From contig CAOJNP010000001.1 of assembly GCA_948439995.1 (NCBI GenBank), forward strand, positions 394 through 64,393: DNA of 64,000 nucleotides. The letters are read 5' to 3'. Numbering within the stretch: position 1 is the stretch's first letter; the number at the start of each line of letters is the position of its first letter. Positions 41,905-52,815 of this stretch are shown in pieces. The stretch is from an uncultured Erysipelotrichaceae bacterium (lineage in GTDB: Bacteria; Bacillota_I; Bacilli_A; RF39; UBA660). Below the pieces are notes generated by a model. The model saw nothing but the letters and a program-made list of their open reading frames with translations. It made no database searches and had not been told where the DNA came from. Position numbers and translations under genes: made by a program.

Positions 41905-42774
41905 TTAAAGAAGTTTAAATGTAAGCCTTTCTTTTTTCGGAACCATTAAATTTGCATTTAATAGTTCATAATTTTCAGTTATGGTTATAAAAATTTGACG
42001 ATCAATGTAATTAAGAGCTGTTTTTACTTTATAATAATCATTAGTTTTCACACTACATAAAATTAATTTCTTCTTTTTTTCTGAAAATCCACCTTGCATT
42101 TCAAAGATGGTAACATCATAATGTAGCTCTTGAGTTAAATAAGCAATTACTTTTTTATATTGTTTCGTTTGAATATAAAATACTTTATTTTGATTCATAC
42201 CTATAATAGTTTTATTACTTATATTACTAATTAAAAGAAGCGCTATAACGGAATAGAGAAAGGATTCTACTCCAAAAATAAATCCTCCTAATAAAACGAT
42301 TAATCCATCAATATAAATCATTGATAAATTCATGGGAATTTTAAACTTTTTTTCCGCTATTTGGTTTAAAATATCAGTTCCTCCCGATGTAAAATTGTTT
42401 TTAAAAAGCATTCCATATCCAATTCCACTAATAACACCGCCTAATAAGGTTATTAATAATGGATCTAAATTGGCAATCACAATAAATTGATTGATATTTT
42501 CAGTAAAGTTTATAAAAAGCGGCAATAAAATGGAGCCTAAAATGGTATTTTTTGTTAATTCTTTTCCAAGTATTATGTAACTTAATATTAATAGTAAAAA
42601 ATTCATTATAAAAATAAATATACTTTCATTTATAAAAAAGAGCTTTTTTATTACGATAGCTAGCCCACTTATTCCACCAGTATCTAAATCGTATGGAGAA
42701 AAAAATAAATTATAAGAAATTGCTACTAGAAATATACCAATTGCAACATTTCCATATTTTTTTATTTTTTGCAT
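41905..42774 (-). CDS. YitT-family membrane protein (DUF161/DUF2179)
   Basis: Paralogue of 18152-19057 with same architecture. Confidence 0.55.
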   Translation of the reverse strand: MQKIKKYGNVAIGIFLVAISYNLFFSPYDLDTGGISGLAIVIKKLFFINESIFIFIMNFLLLILSYIILGKELTKNTILGSILLPLFINFTENINQFIVIANLDPLLITLLGGVISGIGYGMLFKNNFTSGGTDILNQIAEKKFKIPMNLSMIYIDGLIVLLGGFIFGVESFLYSVIALLLISNISNKTIIGMNQNKVFYIQTKQYKKVIAYLTQELHYDVTIFEMQGGFSEKKKKLILCSVKTNDYYKVKTALNYIDRQIFITITENYELLNANLMVPKKERLTFKLL

Positions 42775-42775
42775 A

Positions 42776-43865
42776 TTATTCCACCTTTGTTTTTAAGACT
42801 GATTTCATGATATCTAAAATATCTCCATCTAATATTTTATCCACATTACTCGATTCATACTCACTTCTTAAATCTTTTATTAATTTATAAGGTTCTAAAA
42901 CATAGTTTCTAATTTGACTTCCCCATTCATTACTTAGATTTTCTCCTTTTATTTGATTTAATTCTCTTTCTTTTTTTTCTTGTTCAATTTGATAAAGCTT
43001 ACTTTTTAGCATTTTCATCGCTTGATCTTTATTTTTTAATTGACTTCTCTCATTTTGACACGTCACTACGGTTTTAGTAGGTAAATGAGTAATTCGAACT
43101 GCAGAATTAGATGTATTAACAGATTGACCTCCTGCTCCACTACTATGATATACATCTATTTTTAAATCACTTTCTTTAATTTCAATATCAATATCATGGT
43201 TAAATTCTGGTGTAACGCTTACAGAAGCAAAACTAGTATGTCTTCTCGAGTTAGAATCAAAAGGTGAAATTCTTACTAATCGATGAACTCCTTTTTCTAC
43301 TTTAAAATAACCATAAGCAAAATCTCCTTTAACTAAAAGAATTGCACTTTTAATTCCTGCTTCTTCACCTTTTTGTTCATCAATCACTTCATAACTATAG
43401 TTATTTTTTTCACAAAATCTTTCATACATTCGTAATAACATACTAGCCCAATCGCATGATTCTGTTCCGCCAGCTCCAGGATGAATTTCTAAATAACAAT
43501 TTAATTGATCAAAATTTCCATTTAATAAAGTATTCATTTCTAATTGTTCAATTATACTTTTTTGTTCATTTATTTCCTTTTCCATGAACCTTAATTCATT
43601 TTCTTCACAAATATTTATCAATTCTAAATTGTCAGTTAATGATTTTTTTGTTTTCTCAAGTTGCTCAACAATTTTTTTTAAACTTACTAACTCTTTGTTT
43701 AATTCATTCGCGATTTCTATATTACTCCAAAAATTTTCTTGTTTCATTTCATTTTCTAAGATGGTTATTTTTTCTTTTTTTTGTTCTAAGTCAAAGTGAC
43801 CTCCCAATTGTATTTATTTTTTCTAATAATGATTCGAAAAGACTTTTCAATTCTGTTTTATTCAT
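42776..43865 (-). CDS. prfB: Peptide chain release factor 2, programmed +1 frameshift
   Basis: ATG at 43865 after AAGGAGG. Frame 0 reads MNKTELKSLFESLLEKINTIGRSL then UGA at 43793-43791 within GGGAGG-TCA-CTT-TGA-C. The +1 frame continues DLEQKK... into the RF2 body (SPF, GGQ-type motifs). Confidence 0.85.
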
Positions 43866-43989
43866 AAGTATTCCTCCTTATTTATTATAACAAAATTTTA
43901 AAAACATATAAAATAACTTTAACTATATTTTTAATTTAACTTTTTTAATAATCATATTTTTAACAAAAGAATGAAAGCTTTTAAAATGA

Positions 43990-44021
43990 AAAAAAGTATT
44001 GAAATTTTTTCAATACTCTTT
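43990..44021 (-). terminator. Rho-independent terminator downstream of the giant surface protein gene
   Basis: AGTATTGAA/TTCAATACT 9-bp stem, 5-nt loop, followed on minus strand by TTTTTTT. Confidence 0.5.
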
Positions 44022-44055
44022 CAATTTTTCAAAGTTATAATTATTTCTCGTTGTA

Positions 44056-47000
44056 TTATTTTTTGTTAATAATTATTGCAATGATAGCTCCTAAAGCTAT
44101 AACAATTCCTGTGATAACATACCAGATTAAAGTGTTTGACTCTTTTGGTATTTCTTCTTGAACTTTTTCATCTTGTTTTTCTATTTCATTTTTATAATCT
44201 ATTAGTAATTTTCCAAAAGATTTCAATTCCAATTCAATTTGATTTGGACTTAAAGCTTTATAATCTAAATTTTCATAAGCATTTCCACGATTAATCAGAT
44301 ATATTCCTTCTAAATCTTTCTTATTATTCAGATTAATAATTAATTTAATCTTTTCTGATGAAATATTAATTTCTTTTTCTTTGGAATCTTCTAAATATAA
44401 TTCGAAATACTCTGAATCTTCTCCAAATTTTTGTTTTAAAGTTTTTGTAAGCTCAAAATCTTCTTTTTTTAGTACAAAATTAGTTAAGTTTTCACTTGTT
44501 AAAATACTTGCTTTAATATTTGAAATAGTAAAGTCAACATATTTTGTTTGATTTTCCTGCTTATTGTAATTTGGTAATGTATAATCTTTTATTACAATTT
44601 GATTATCTACTTTGTTTTCAGGAATAATAATTGGTTTTTCTACTTTCTTTTGAATCCAATTTACGATTGCTTTTGCTGTTCCTTTGTTTCCAGCTTGATC
44701 CATAAATTCAAATGTAAATTCTCCATTTTCTTTAAAAGTATATTTATTTGATCCATTATTATTTAAAATGGTAACATCTGTTTCATCAAATGTAATCATT
44801 GCCATAACATTTTGATCTGTTACTTTTTTGTTATCATAAATAATTGTTGCCGTTGGTGCAATTTTATCAATCCAATCGACGATAGCTTTTATACTTCCTT
44901 TATTTCCAACTTGATCTATATATTCAAATGTAAATTCTCCATTTTCTTTAAAGATCACTGTTTTCAAACCATTATTATTTAATAATTTTACTCCATCTTG
45001 TAATTCTATGGTTGCTATTACATCTTGATTCGTTAATTCTGTTTTATCATAAGTAATAGTCGCAATTGGTTTTTCTTTTTGAATCCAATTTACCATAGCT
45101 TTAGCTGTTCCTTTGTTTCCAGCTTGATCCATATACTCAAATATAAATTCTCCATTTTCTTGGAACGTATAAGTATTTAGTCCTTGATTATTCAAAATTT
45201 CTACATCTTTTTTATCAAAAGTAATCGTTGCAATTACGTCTTCTTTGGTTAATTCTGTTTTATCATAGGTAATGGTTGCATTTGGTATTACTTTATCAAT
45301 CCAATCTACAATAGCTTTTATACTTCCTTTATTTCCAGCTTGATCTATATATTCAAATATAAATTCTCCATTTTCTTGGAATGTATAAGTATTTAGTCCT
45401 TTGTTATTTAGGATTTTTACATTTTCTTTATCAAAACGTATGGTTGCTATTACATTTTGGTTGGTTAATTCTGTTTCATTAAATGAAATGGTTGCATTTG
45501 GTGCTTCTTTATCGATCCAATTTACCATTGCTGTCGCTGTTCCTTTGTTTCCTAATGTATCTTGATATTCAAATGTAAATTCTCCATTTTCTTGGAATGT
45601 ATAAGTATTTAGTCCTTTGTTATTTAAGATTTTTACATTTTCTTTATCAAAACGTATAGTTGCTATTACATCTTGGTTGGTTAATTCTGTTTTATTATAA
45701 GTAATAATAGGAGTTGGAAGTTCTTTATTTATCCAAGTAACTTTTGCTGTAGTTTTGTTTTTATTTCCAGCTTGATCCACATATTCAAATGTGAATTTGC
45801 CATTTTCTTGGAACGTATAAGTATTTAGTCCTTGATTATTTAAGATTTTTACATTTTCTTTATCAAATTGAATACTAACAGTTACATTTTGATTCGTTGG
45901 TTCTTCTATATTATAAGATAAGGTTCCTTCTGGTAATTTTTTATCAATCCAACTTACGATAGCTGTTGCTGTTCCAATATTTCCTAAAACATCTTGGTAT
46001 TCAAATGTAAATTTACCATTTTCTTGGAATGTATAAGAATTAGATCCATTATTATTTAGGATTTTAATTTCTTCCTCAGCATGAATTTCGGCAATTACAT
46101 TTTGATTCGTTAAATTGTTAATACTATAAGTAATAGTTGCAATAGGTGCTTCTTTGTCAATCCAACTTACTGTAGCAGTTGCATATCCTATATTTCCTGC
46201 TAAATCTTTCATTTCAAAAGTAAATTTACCATTTTCTTGGAATGTGTATGTTTTTTTACCTTCATTATTTAATACAATGATTTCTTCACTTGGAATTAAT
46301 TCTACTGTTACATCTTGATTGGTTAAATTTGTTGTACTGAATTTAAATTGCCCTGTAGGTAATACTTTATCAATCCAACTTACCATAGCTTTGGCTGTTC
46401 CTGTATTTCCCGCTAAATCACGATATTCAAATGTAAATTCTCCATTTTCTTGGAATGTATAAATATTTGATCCATTATTATTGGTAATGGTTACATTTTC
46501 TTTATCAAAAGTAATCGTAGCCGTAACGTCTTGGTTTGTTAATTCTGTTTTATCAAATGTAATGGTTGCATTTGGTACTGTTTTATCAATCCAATTTACA
46601 ACTGCTTTGGCTGTTCCAATATTTCCTGCTAAATCTTTAAATTCAAATATAAATTCTCCATTTTCTTGGAATGTATATGTTTTTTTACCTTCATTATTTA
46701 ATACAACGATTTCTTCACTTGGAATTAATTCTACTGTTACATCTTGATTGGTTAAATTTGTTGTATTGTATTTTAATTCTGCCGTAGGGGCTTCTTTATC
46801 AATCCAGTTAACAATGGCAATGGCATATCCTTCGTTTCCGTTCTCATCGATATAGTTGAATATAAATTGCCCATTTTCTTGGAATGTGTATGTGTTATGC
46901 CCATCATTATTTTGAATTGTTACATTTTCTCTATCAAATTCAATTGTTACTGTTACATTTTGATTCGTTATTGTATTGATATCATAGGTAAACGTAGCAT

Positions 47001-50000
47001 TAGCAATATCTTTATTAATCCAATCTACTTTTGCTAAAGTTGTATTTTTATTTCCCGCTAAATCTTGGTATTCAAATATAAATTCATCATTTTCAGTAAA
47101 AGTATAGGTATTTGATCCATTATTATTCAATATAATGATTTCTTCATCGCATTCTAATGTTGCAATGACAGGATCTCTAGTCGTGGAAAGATTACTGTAT
47201 TTTATTTTTGCTACAGGTACTGTTTTATCAATCCAATCTACTTTTGCTGTTGCTGTATTTTTATTTCCCAAATTGTCCTTGAATTCAAATGTAAATTCTC
47301 CATTTTCTTGGAATGTATAAGTATTTAATCCGTTATTATTAGTGATAAATACTTTTTCTTTATCAAATTCGATAGTAACTACAACATCTTGATTGGTTAA
47401 TTCTGTTATGTTGTATTTTAAAATTCCATTTGGTGCTACTTTATCAATCCAACTTACAACTGCTTTGGCTGTTCCTGTATTTCCCGCTAAATCACGATAT
47501 TCAAATGTAAATTCTCCATTTTCTTGGAATGTATAAATATTTGATCCATTATTATTCAATATAATGATTTCTTCATTTGCTATTAATTCTACTGTAACAT
47601 TTTTATTTGTCGTTTGTTTTGTACTATACATTAATTCTATTGTTGGAGCTTCTTTATCAATCCAACTTACAATTGCTTTTGCACTTCCTGTATTTCCTGC
47701 TGCATCACGATATTCAAACGTGAATTCACCATTTTCTTGAAACGTATAAGTATTTGAAATATTATTCGTAATAATAATATTTTTATCTGAAATAAGCGTT
47801 GCAATTACATTTTGATTCGTTTTTTCCGTAATGTTATATTCAATTCTAACATTTGGTGCTACTTTATCAATCCAATTTACAACTGCTTTTGCACTTCCTG
47901 TATTTCCTGCTGCATCACGATATTCAAATGTAAATTCGCCATTTTCTTGGAATGTATAAGTATTTAATCCGTTATTATTTAATACTTTAACATTGGATTT
48001 ATCAAATGAAATGGTTGCTGTTACGTCTTGATTGGTTAACTCTGTTTTATTGTAAGTAATGGTAGCATTTGGTGCCACTTTATCGATCCAATCAACATGA
48101 GCAGTAGTACTTCCTACATTTCCTGCTTCATCTGTAAAATCAAATGTAAATTCTCCATTTTCTTGAAATGTATAAGTATTTAATCCATTATTATTTAGAA
48201 TCCTTACATTTTCTTCATCAAATTCAACTGTAACTACGACATCTTGATTGGTTGGTTCCATTGTACTGTATTCTACGGTAGCATTTGGTGCTACTTTATC
48301 AATCCAACTTACGATAGCTGTTGCTGTTCCAATATTTCCTGCTGCATCCATAAATTCAAATGTAAATTCGCCATTTTCTGCAAAAGTATAAGTTAATGGA
48401 TCTTTATTTGGATCTGATAAATCAAGTGTTCCATTATTTAAGACTGTAACTGCTTCGTTTGGTATTAGTCTAGCAATAACATCTCGATTTATTTTATTGG
48501 TTGTACTATATTCAATGGTAGCTGTTGGTGCTTCTTTATCAATCCAATTTACAACTGCGGTTGAGCTTCCTGTATGTCCATAATCATCTACAAATTCAAA
48601 TGTGAATTCGCCATTTTCTTTGAAAATATAAGTATCACTACCACCATTATTTGTAATCGTTATATTGGTACTAGGATTAATTAATCTTGCAATAACATCT
48701 TGATTCGTAATTTCAGTTTTATCATATCCAACACCTGCTGTAGGATGTGGATTAATTGTTAAATCTTGAAAAATATTAAATGCTCTTGCCATAAACCAAT
48801 TTCCATTACTTGCACGATCCGCTACAATTTTAATATATTGTACTTCTTTTGGATGTTCTATTTCAAAACTTTTTGTATTTTCAATTGCTTCTTCATTGGT
48901 ATTTGCTTGATTCGTATATCTTAAATTTTTTGCAGTATATAATACTTCCCAATTTTCACCATCCATACTTCCATAAACGGTTCCATCTAATATTTTTCCA
49001 TTTCCACCGCCACCTGGAACATATTCTACAGCTGAAACATATCTTGGTTTATCTAATTTAATAGTAATAAATCTTTCAGTGTCTGACCCATTCCATGCAC
49101 TATGCCAATTGGTATTATAATTTCCATCAATGGCATTGGTTGCATATCTTTTTTGCGCTGAAGCTTCGGATGAAAACGATTCAATACTTAAATGGGAAAT
49201 GGATACATATTTTCTTGTGTCTGGTTGATTATCTGGAGTAAACGTATAACTTAATACATCACTTGGTAAATTGGTTCCTGTTGCTCCTATTCTTACTTGT
49301 AAGCTAGCATTTCCACTATTATCTGGGGAAGATATCGCATAAGAAGTCCATGAATCGTTTTCACTTTTTCTCCATTCATAAGTCGTATTAATTCCAATGA
49401 CACGATTTTCTAAATCGTTTCCAAATAAGTGAGTAGGTGTTGCTGCTTTTGTGATATCAATATTATAAATATTTTCTTCACTATAATTGACTCCAACAAT
49501 GTGGATTTTTATATCATTTTCAGCTGTAATACTTTCTAGTTCTTCTTCAATTAATTGTAATTTATGTTCTTCTTCTGCTGTAAATGACACTTCTTTCCAA
49601 TTATTACCACCATCTAAACTATAATCCCATCTTACTCCATTATTATCGAATCTACTTGATAAAACAATTTTTCCTGCATTGTCACCATCAAATGAGAAAG
49701 TAGCAATCGTTTTATCTATTTTTCCTAATAAATAATTTGCCTCTAATCTTGTTAAGGATGGTTGATAAACATAATAATCGTCTGCTGTATTATTTGGAAC
49801 TTTTGATCCTTCTGTTAAAATTCTTGTTTGCAATAAAGTGAATTTGTAACTATTTTCAATTGATGTTAATTTTGGCTTAATTAAATTTGTTAAATGATAC
49901 ATTGGTAATGGAAAATATTTCATTTCTTCTGCAAGTTCTTTTGCTAATTCATAATAGTCATCTTCTGTTTTATTTTCATTCGCATTATAAGTGGTTATTA

Positions 50001-51897
50001 AACCATACCAAGCATTGATATTAAGTGGTTGAATTTCTAATGCTTCACGATAAATTCTTTCTCTTTTTTCTAAATCACTTTGATATACATCTGCTAAAAT
50101 TACTTTCTTTTGACTTTCTTCAAATATTTCAAAATTGTTTAATACTTCTTGAGCTAAAGCCATATAAACAACAGAATATCCTCTTTGATAAGTTTCATTT
50201 CCCCATCCAAGTAACATTCTTTCGCCTTTTTCAGAAAGTGTCCATCCACTTACATCGTTATCTAGATTCCAATATCCTCTACCTAAATCATCTTGTGTAT
50301 AATATATAATCGCAGCATGTCCTGGTTGACCAATTACTGCAGCTGGTATTCCATGAGTTGCACGAATGTTTGAACCAGATTTTGAGATACCACCACAAAC
50401 GGCTCCAGTTCCAAATTTATTTCGAAAATTCATCCACACTTTGTATACTTTTTTATCCATGGTTCCACGAGTGATTCCATAATCATATAATTTTTTTTCT
50501 TTTACTGAAAATAAATCATTAAAATAGTCATAATTTTCTTCATCATAATAAACTGGATTTCCATAATTAGGCCATACATATGCGATATACGAGTGTGGTG
50601 TTAATAATCCCCATGCACTTTTTGGATTTTGGTCTATCTTATTTTGTACATATTCATTCAACCATACAATAGATTCATCATCAATTAGATTATTCATTAC
50701 AAATCGCATTTCTTCAATGTTATAATTTTCAAACCATTTGGTAATATCTATGGTATCTGTTACTTTTAGTTTTCCATTTTTATGTAAGTCTTTATAAATT
50801 TCGTATCTTTTTACAGCATCAGATTGATTTTCTGCTGCACTTGGTTGCATCCATAAAGCAACTTGTGCTGAGTGAGTTAAAGATAAAGTTATGGCCATTC
50901 TTTTATATAAATCACCATATTTATTACCATATTTAGTTAATTCTTGAATTTCAAAATCAATTTTATGAGCTTTTAATAATCTTTTTAAAACCTCAAAAGA
51001 ATTATAATAACTTCCAGTGGGTTTTCCACCCATGGTATATAATCTTAAATTTTCTAAATCATTAAATAACCATTCAAAAGTTTCTTTATTTTCTTGTCCT
51101 TCTCCTATAAACTTCTTAATTGCATATGTACCTACATTTTTAATTAAATTTCTTTGCAATATTGTCAATTCTTGTTCTTTATTATTAAAATCAATTTCTC
51201 CAAACGACTTAATTTTTTCATCATATTTTTCTAAATCAATTTGATCGAAAGAAGCGCCATATTCTGCTTTAATTAATTTTGCATCAGCATATACAGAGTG
51301 GTCTTGTCCATTTCCTTTATTGTCATAAGCTTCTAATTTCAAAAAGTTTTTATCTTTAATATCTATTTTAACCATATCGGCATTTTCTTTAGGTAATTTT
51401 ACAAATTCTTCTTGAAGATCCCAAGTTTCACCATCCATCGAAGTATAAATTCTAAAAGTAACACCGTTTCCTGCTGTAGAAGTAGTATTTAATCCTAAAA
51501 GTCCTGTAAAATAATCGTAATCATAATCGCTAATATCATATACTAATACTGAACTTGCATGAGCCCACATTCCTTTATCATAACTATATACTGAGCCTTC
51601 TACTTTTACAGATATTTTAGTATTATTACTTGTTTTATCTTTTAATATACTTCCCCAACTAGTTGATGATTGATTTTCTATATAATCAATATCAGAAAGA
51701 TAAATAAAATCTGTATTATTTACTTCATTATTATTTAAATTTAAAATATTTGATACTTCATTAATTTCTTGTTTCATATTTTGATAATACCTTGGTAATG
51801 TAATTACCATAATTAATAAGCATATAATTCCGATCAAATATATTTTATAATTATTTCTTGCTATGTATTTTTTCACGCCAAAAATCCCTCTTTTCAA
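44056..51897 (-). CDS. Giant (2613 aa) cell-surface protein with NPCBM-like, transglutaminase-like core, F5/8 type C and ~20 Ig-like repeats
   Basis: N-terminal signal/anchor; NPCBM-like (IYLSDIDY...VYADAKL); C-H-D pattern GAVCGG...HGIPAAVIGQPGHAAIIYY...GYWNLDND like transglutaminase-like cysteine proteases; discoidin-like domain (NWHSAWNGSDTERF). It has about 20 tandem ~80-aa repeats (TYTFQENGEFTFE...VNWIDKxAP) and a C-terminal TM. Start may be GTG at 51876 after AAGAGGGA. Confidence 0.8.
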   Translation of the reverse strand: MKRGIFGVKKYIARNNYKIYLIGIICLLIMVITLPRYYQNMKQEINEVSNILNLNNNEVNNTDFIYLSDIDYIENQSSTSWGSILKDKTSNNTKISVKVEGSVYSYDKGMWAHASSVLVYDISDYDYDYFTGLLGLNTTSTAGNGVTFRIYTSMDGETWDLQEEFVKLPKENADMVKIDIKDKNFLKLEAYDNKGNGQDHSVYADAKLIKAEYGASFDQIDLEKYDEKIKSFGEIDFNNKEQELTILQRNLIKNVGTYAIKKFIGEGQENKETFEWLFNDLENLRLYTMGGKPTGSYYNSFEVLKRLLKAHKIDFEIQELTKYGNKYGDLYKRMAITLSLTHSAQVALWMQPSAAENQSDAVKRYEIYKDLHKNGKLKVTDTIDITKWFENYNIEEMRFVMNNLIDDESIVWLNEYVQNKIDQNPKSAWGLLTPHSYIAYVWPNYGNPVYYDEENYDYFNDLFSVKEKKLYDYGITRGTMDKKVYKVWMNFRNKFGTGAVCGGISKSGSNIRATHGIPAAVIGQPGHAAIIYYTQDDLGRGYWNLDNDVSGWTLSEKGERMLLGWGNETYQRGYSVVYMALAQEVLNNFEIFEESQKKVILADVYQSDLEKRERIYREALEIQPLNINAWYGLITTYNANENKTEDDYYELAKELAEEMKYFPLPMYHLTNLIKPKLTSIENSYKFTLLQTRILTEGSKVPNNTADDYYVYQPSLTRLEANYLLGKIDKTIATFSFDGDNAGKIVLSSRFDNNGVRWDYSLDGGNNWKEVSFTAEEEHKLQLIEEELESITAENDIKIHIVGVNYSEENIYNIDITKAATPTHLFGNDLENRVIGINTTYEWRKSENDSWTSYAISSPDNSGNASLQVRIGATGTNLPSDVLSYTFTPDNQPDTRKYVSISHLSIESFSSEASAQKRYATNAIDGNYNTNWHSAWNGSDTERFITIKLDKPRYVSAVEYVPGGGGNGKILDGTVYGSMDGENWEVLYTAKNLRYTNQANTNEEAIENTKSFEIEHPKEVQYIKIVADRASNGNWFMARAFNIFQDLTINPHPTAGVGYDKTEITNQDVIARLINPSTNITITNNGGSDTYIFKENGEFTFEFVDDYGHTGSSTAVVNWIDKEAPTATIEYSTTNKINRDVIARLIPNEAVTVLNNGTLDLSDPNKDPLTYTFAENGEFTFEFMDAAGNIGTATAIVSWIDKVAPNATVEYSTMEPTNQDVVVTVEFDEENVRILNNNGLNTYTFQENGEFTFDFTDEAGNVGSTTAHVDWIDKVAPNATITYNKTELTNQDVTATISFDKSNVKVLNNNGLNTYTFQENGEFTFEYRDAAGNTGSAKAVVNWIDKVAPNVRIEYNITEKTNQNVIATLISDKNIIITNNISNTYTFQENGEFTFEYRDAAGNTGSAKAIVSWIDKEAPTIELMYSTKQTTNKNVTVELIANEEIIILNNNGSNIYTFQENGEFTFEYRDLAGNTGTAKAVVSWIDKVAPNGILKYNITELTNQDVVVTIEFDKEKVFITNNNGLNTYTFQENGEFTFEFKDNLGNKNTATAKVDWIDKTVPVAKIKYSNLSTTRDPVIATLECDEEIIILNNNGSNTYTFTENDEFIFEYQDLAGNKNTTLAKVDWINKDIANATFTYDINTITNQNVTVTIEFDRENVTIQNNDGHNTYTFQENGQFIFNYIDENGNEGYAIAIVNWIDKEAPTAELKYNTTNLTNQDVTVELIPSEEIVVLNNEGKKTYTFQENGEFIFEFKDLAGNIGTAKAVVNWIDKTVPNATITFDKTELTNQDVTATITFDKENVTITNNNGSNIYTFQENGEFTFEYRDLAGNTGTAKAMVSWIDKVLPTGQFKFSTTNLTNQDVTVELIPSEEIIVLNNEGKKTYTFQENGKFTFEMKDLAGNIGYATATVSWIDKEAPIATITYSINNLTNQNVIAEIHAEEEIKILNNNGSNSYTFQENGKFTFEYQDVLGNIGTATAIVSWIDKKLPEGTLSYNIEEPTNQNVTVSIQFDKENVKILNNQGLNTYTFQENGKFTFEYVDQAGNKNKTTAKVTWINKELPTPIITYNKTELTNQDVIATIRFDKENVKILNNKGLNTYTFQENGEFTFEYQDTLGNKGTATAMVNWIDKEAPNATISFNETELTNQNVIATIRFDKENVKILNNKGLNTYTFQENGEFIFEYIDQAGNKGSIKAIVDWIDKVIPNATITYDKTELTKEDVIATITFDKKDVEILNNQGLNTYTFQENGEFIFEYMDQAGNKGTAKAMVNWIQKEKPIATITYDKTELTNQDVIATIELQDGVKLLNNNGLKTVIFKENGEFTFEYIDQVGNKGSIKAIVDWIDKIAPTATIIYDNKKVTDQNVMAMITFDETDVTILNNNGSNKYTFKENGEFTFEFMDQAGNKGTAKAIVNWIQKKVEKPIIIPENKVDNQIVIKDYTLPNYNKQENQTKYVDFTISNIKASILTSENLTNFVLKKEDFELTKTLKQKFGEDSEYFELYLEDSKEKEINISSEKIKLIINLNNKKDLEGIYLINRGNAYENLDYKALSPNQIELELKSFGKLLIDYKNEIEKQDEKVQEEIPKESNTLIWYVITGIVIALGAIIAIIINKK
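44650..48750 (-). repeat. Intragenic tandem array of ~240-bp near-identical repeats encoding Ig-like modules
   Basis: Long stretches recur nearly verbatim, e.g. aatccaacttacaactgctttggctgttcctgtatttcccgctaaatcacgatattcaaatgtaaattctccattttcttggaatgtataa at about 46370 and 47450. Confidence 0.8.
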
Positions 51898-52815
51898 ATT
51901 ATTTGATATTATAGCAAAAAAATTATATTTTTCAATACTAAATTATTAAAAAATATCTTTTTTTATTCATTTTTTTCTAATAGTAATTATATCATTCATT
52001 TTTCTTTTATGATCTTTTTAATTAAAATGTTTACATCATTCTACTTATTTTTATAATGATAGCTTGATTTCATTAAAAATTTGCTTTTACATGACTGTAT
52101 TCTTCCATTTTTTTAAAATCTTTTCATAATATAATATGTCTCATAAATATTTAATATTAATTTAAAAAATTCATGAAATTTCTAATTGTATATAATAATG
52201 TTCCAATTTTAGTAATTATCAATATTTACATATCTTTATTTTGATCATTCTGTTTCTTTAGTCTAAATACTATTGCTTTGTCTTTAATTGAAAATTTAAT
52301 ATATTAACTTAACATCTAATTTTTATTTTCAAGTTTTATTAACCTATTACATTTTTTATAGCAATTCTAAATATTTCTTTAACATTTTTATTTCAAGCTT
52401 AGTTATCAATTTAACAAAATCTGTATAATTCCTAGTTGTATGAGCTTTATCTAATGCTATTTTCTATTGTTTTTCCATCTTTATTTTTAACTTCTTCTGA
52501 TGATAATAATGATATCTATTTCATCTTGAGTATAAAAACGTATTATAATCTTTTTTTTAATTGTTCTATATTTTAAATTTACTTTGCAATAATTATCTAG
52601 CCAATAAGCCAAATAATTTTGAACTCATACTTTAAAATCCACTTTCTTTTTCCATTAACTTTTACTAAAACAAAAAGAAATGTTAACAATTTATCTATGT
52701 TAACACTCCTTTATTTTTCAGAGTTTTAGTTATTTTCATTTAATTTATGAAAACAACAGAAATTTCGCTACCACTTTTGATTTTATCATATCTTTCGGAC
52801 ATCCTTATTTTACGA

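Noticed and set aside
44650-48750. Possible CRISPR-like or tandem-repeat array
   Set aside because: Repeat period is about 240 bp, in-frame and protein-coding (Ig-like modules), with no spacer/repeat alternation or cas genes
46481-51244. Plus-strand ORFs 46481-46747, 47135-47320, 48849-49061, 50025-50309, 51017-51244 inside the giant gene
   Set aside because: Antisense to a strongly supported 7.8-kb minus-strand CDS; low-complexity translations produced by the AT-rich repeats
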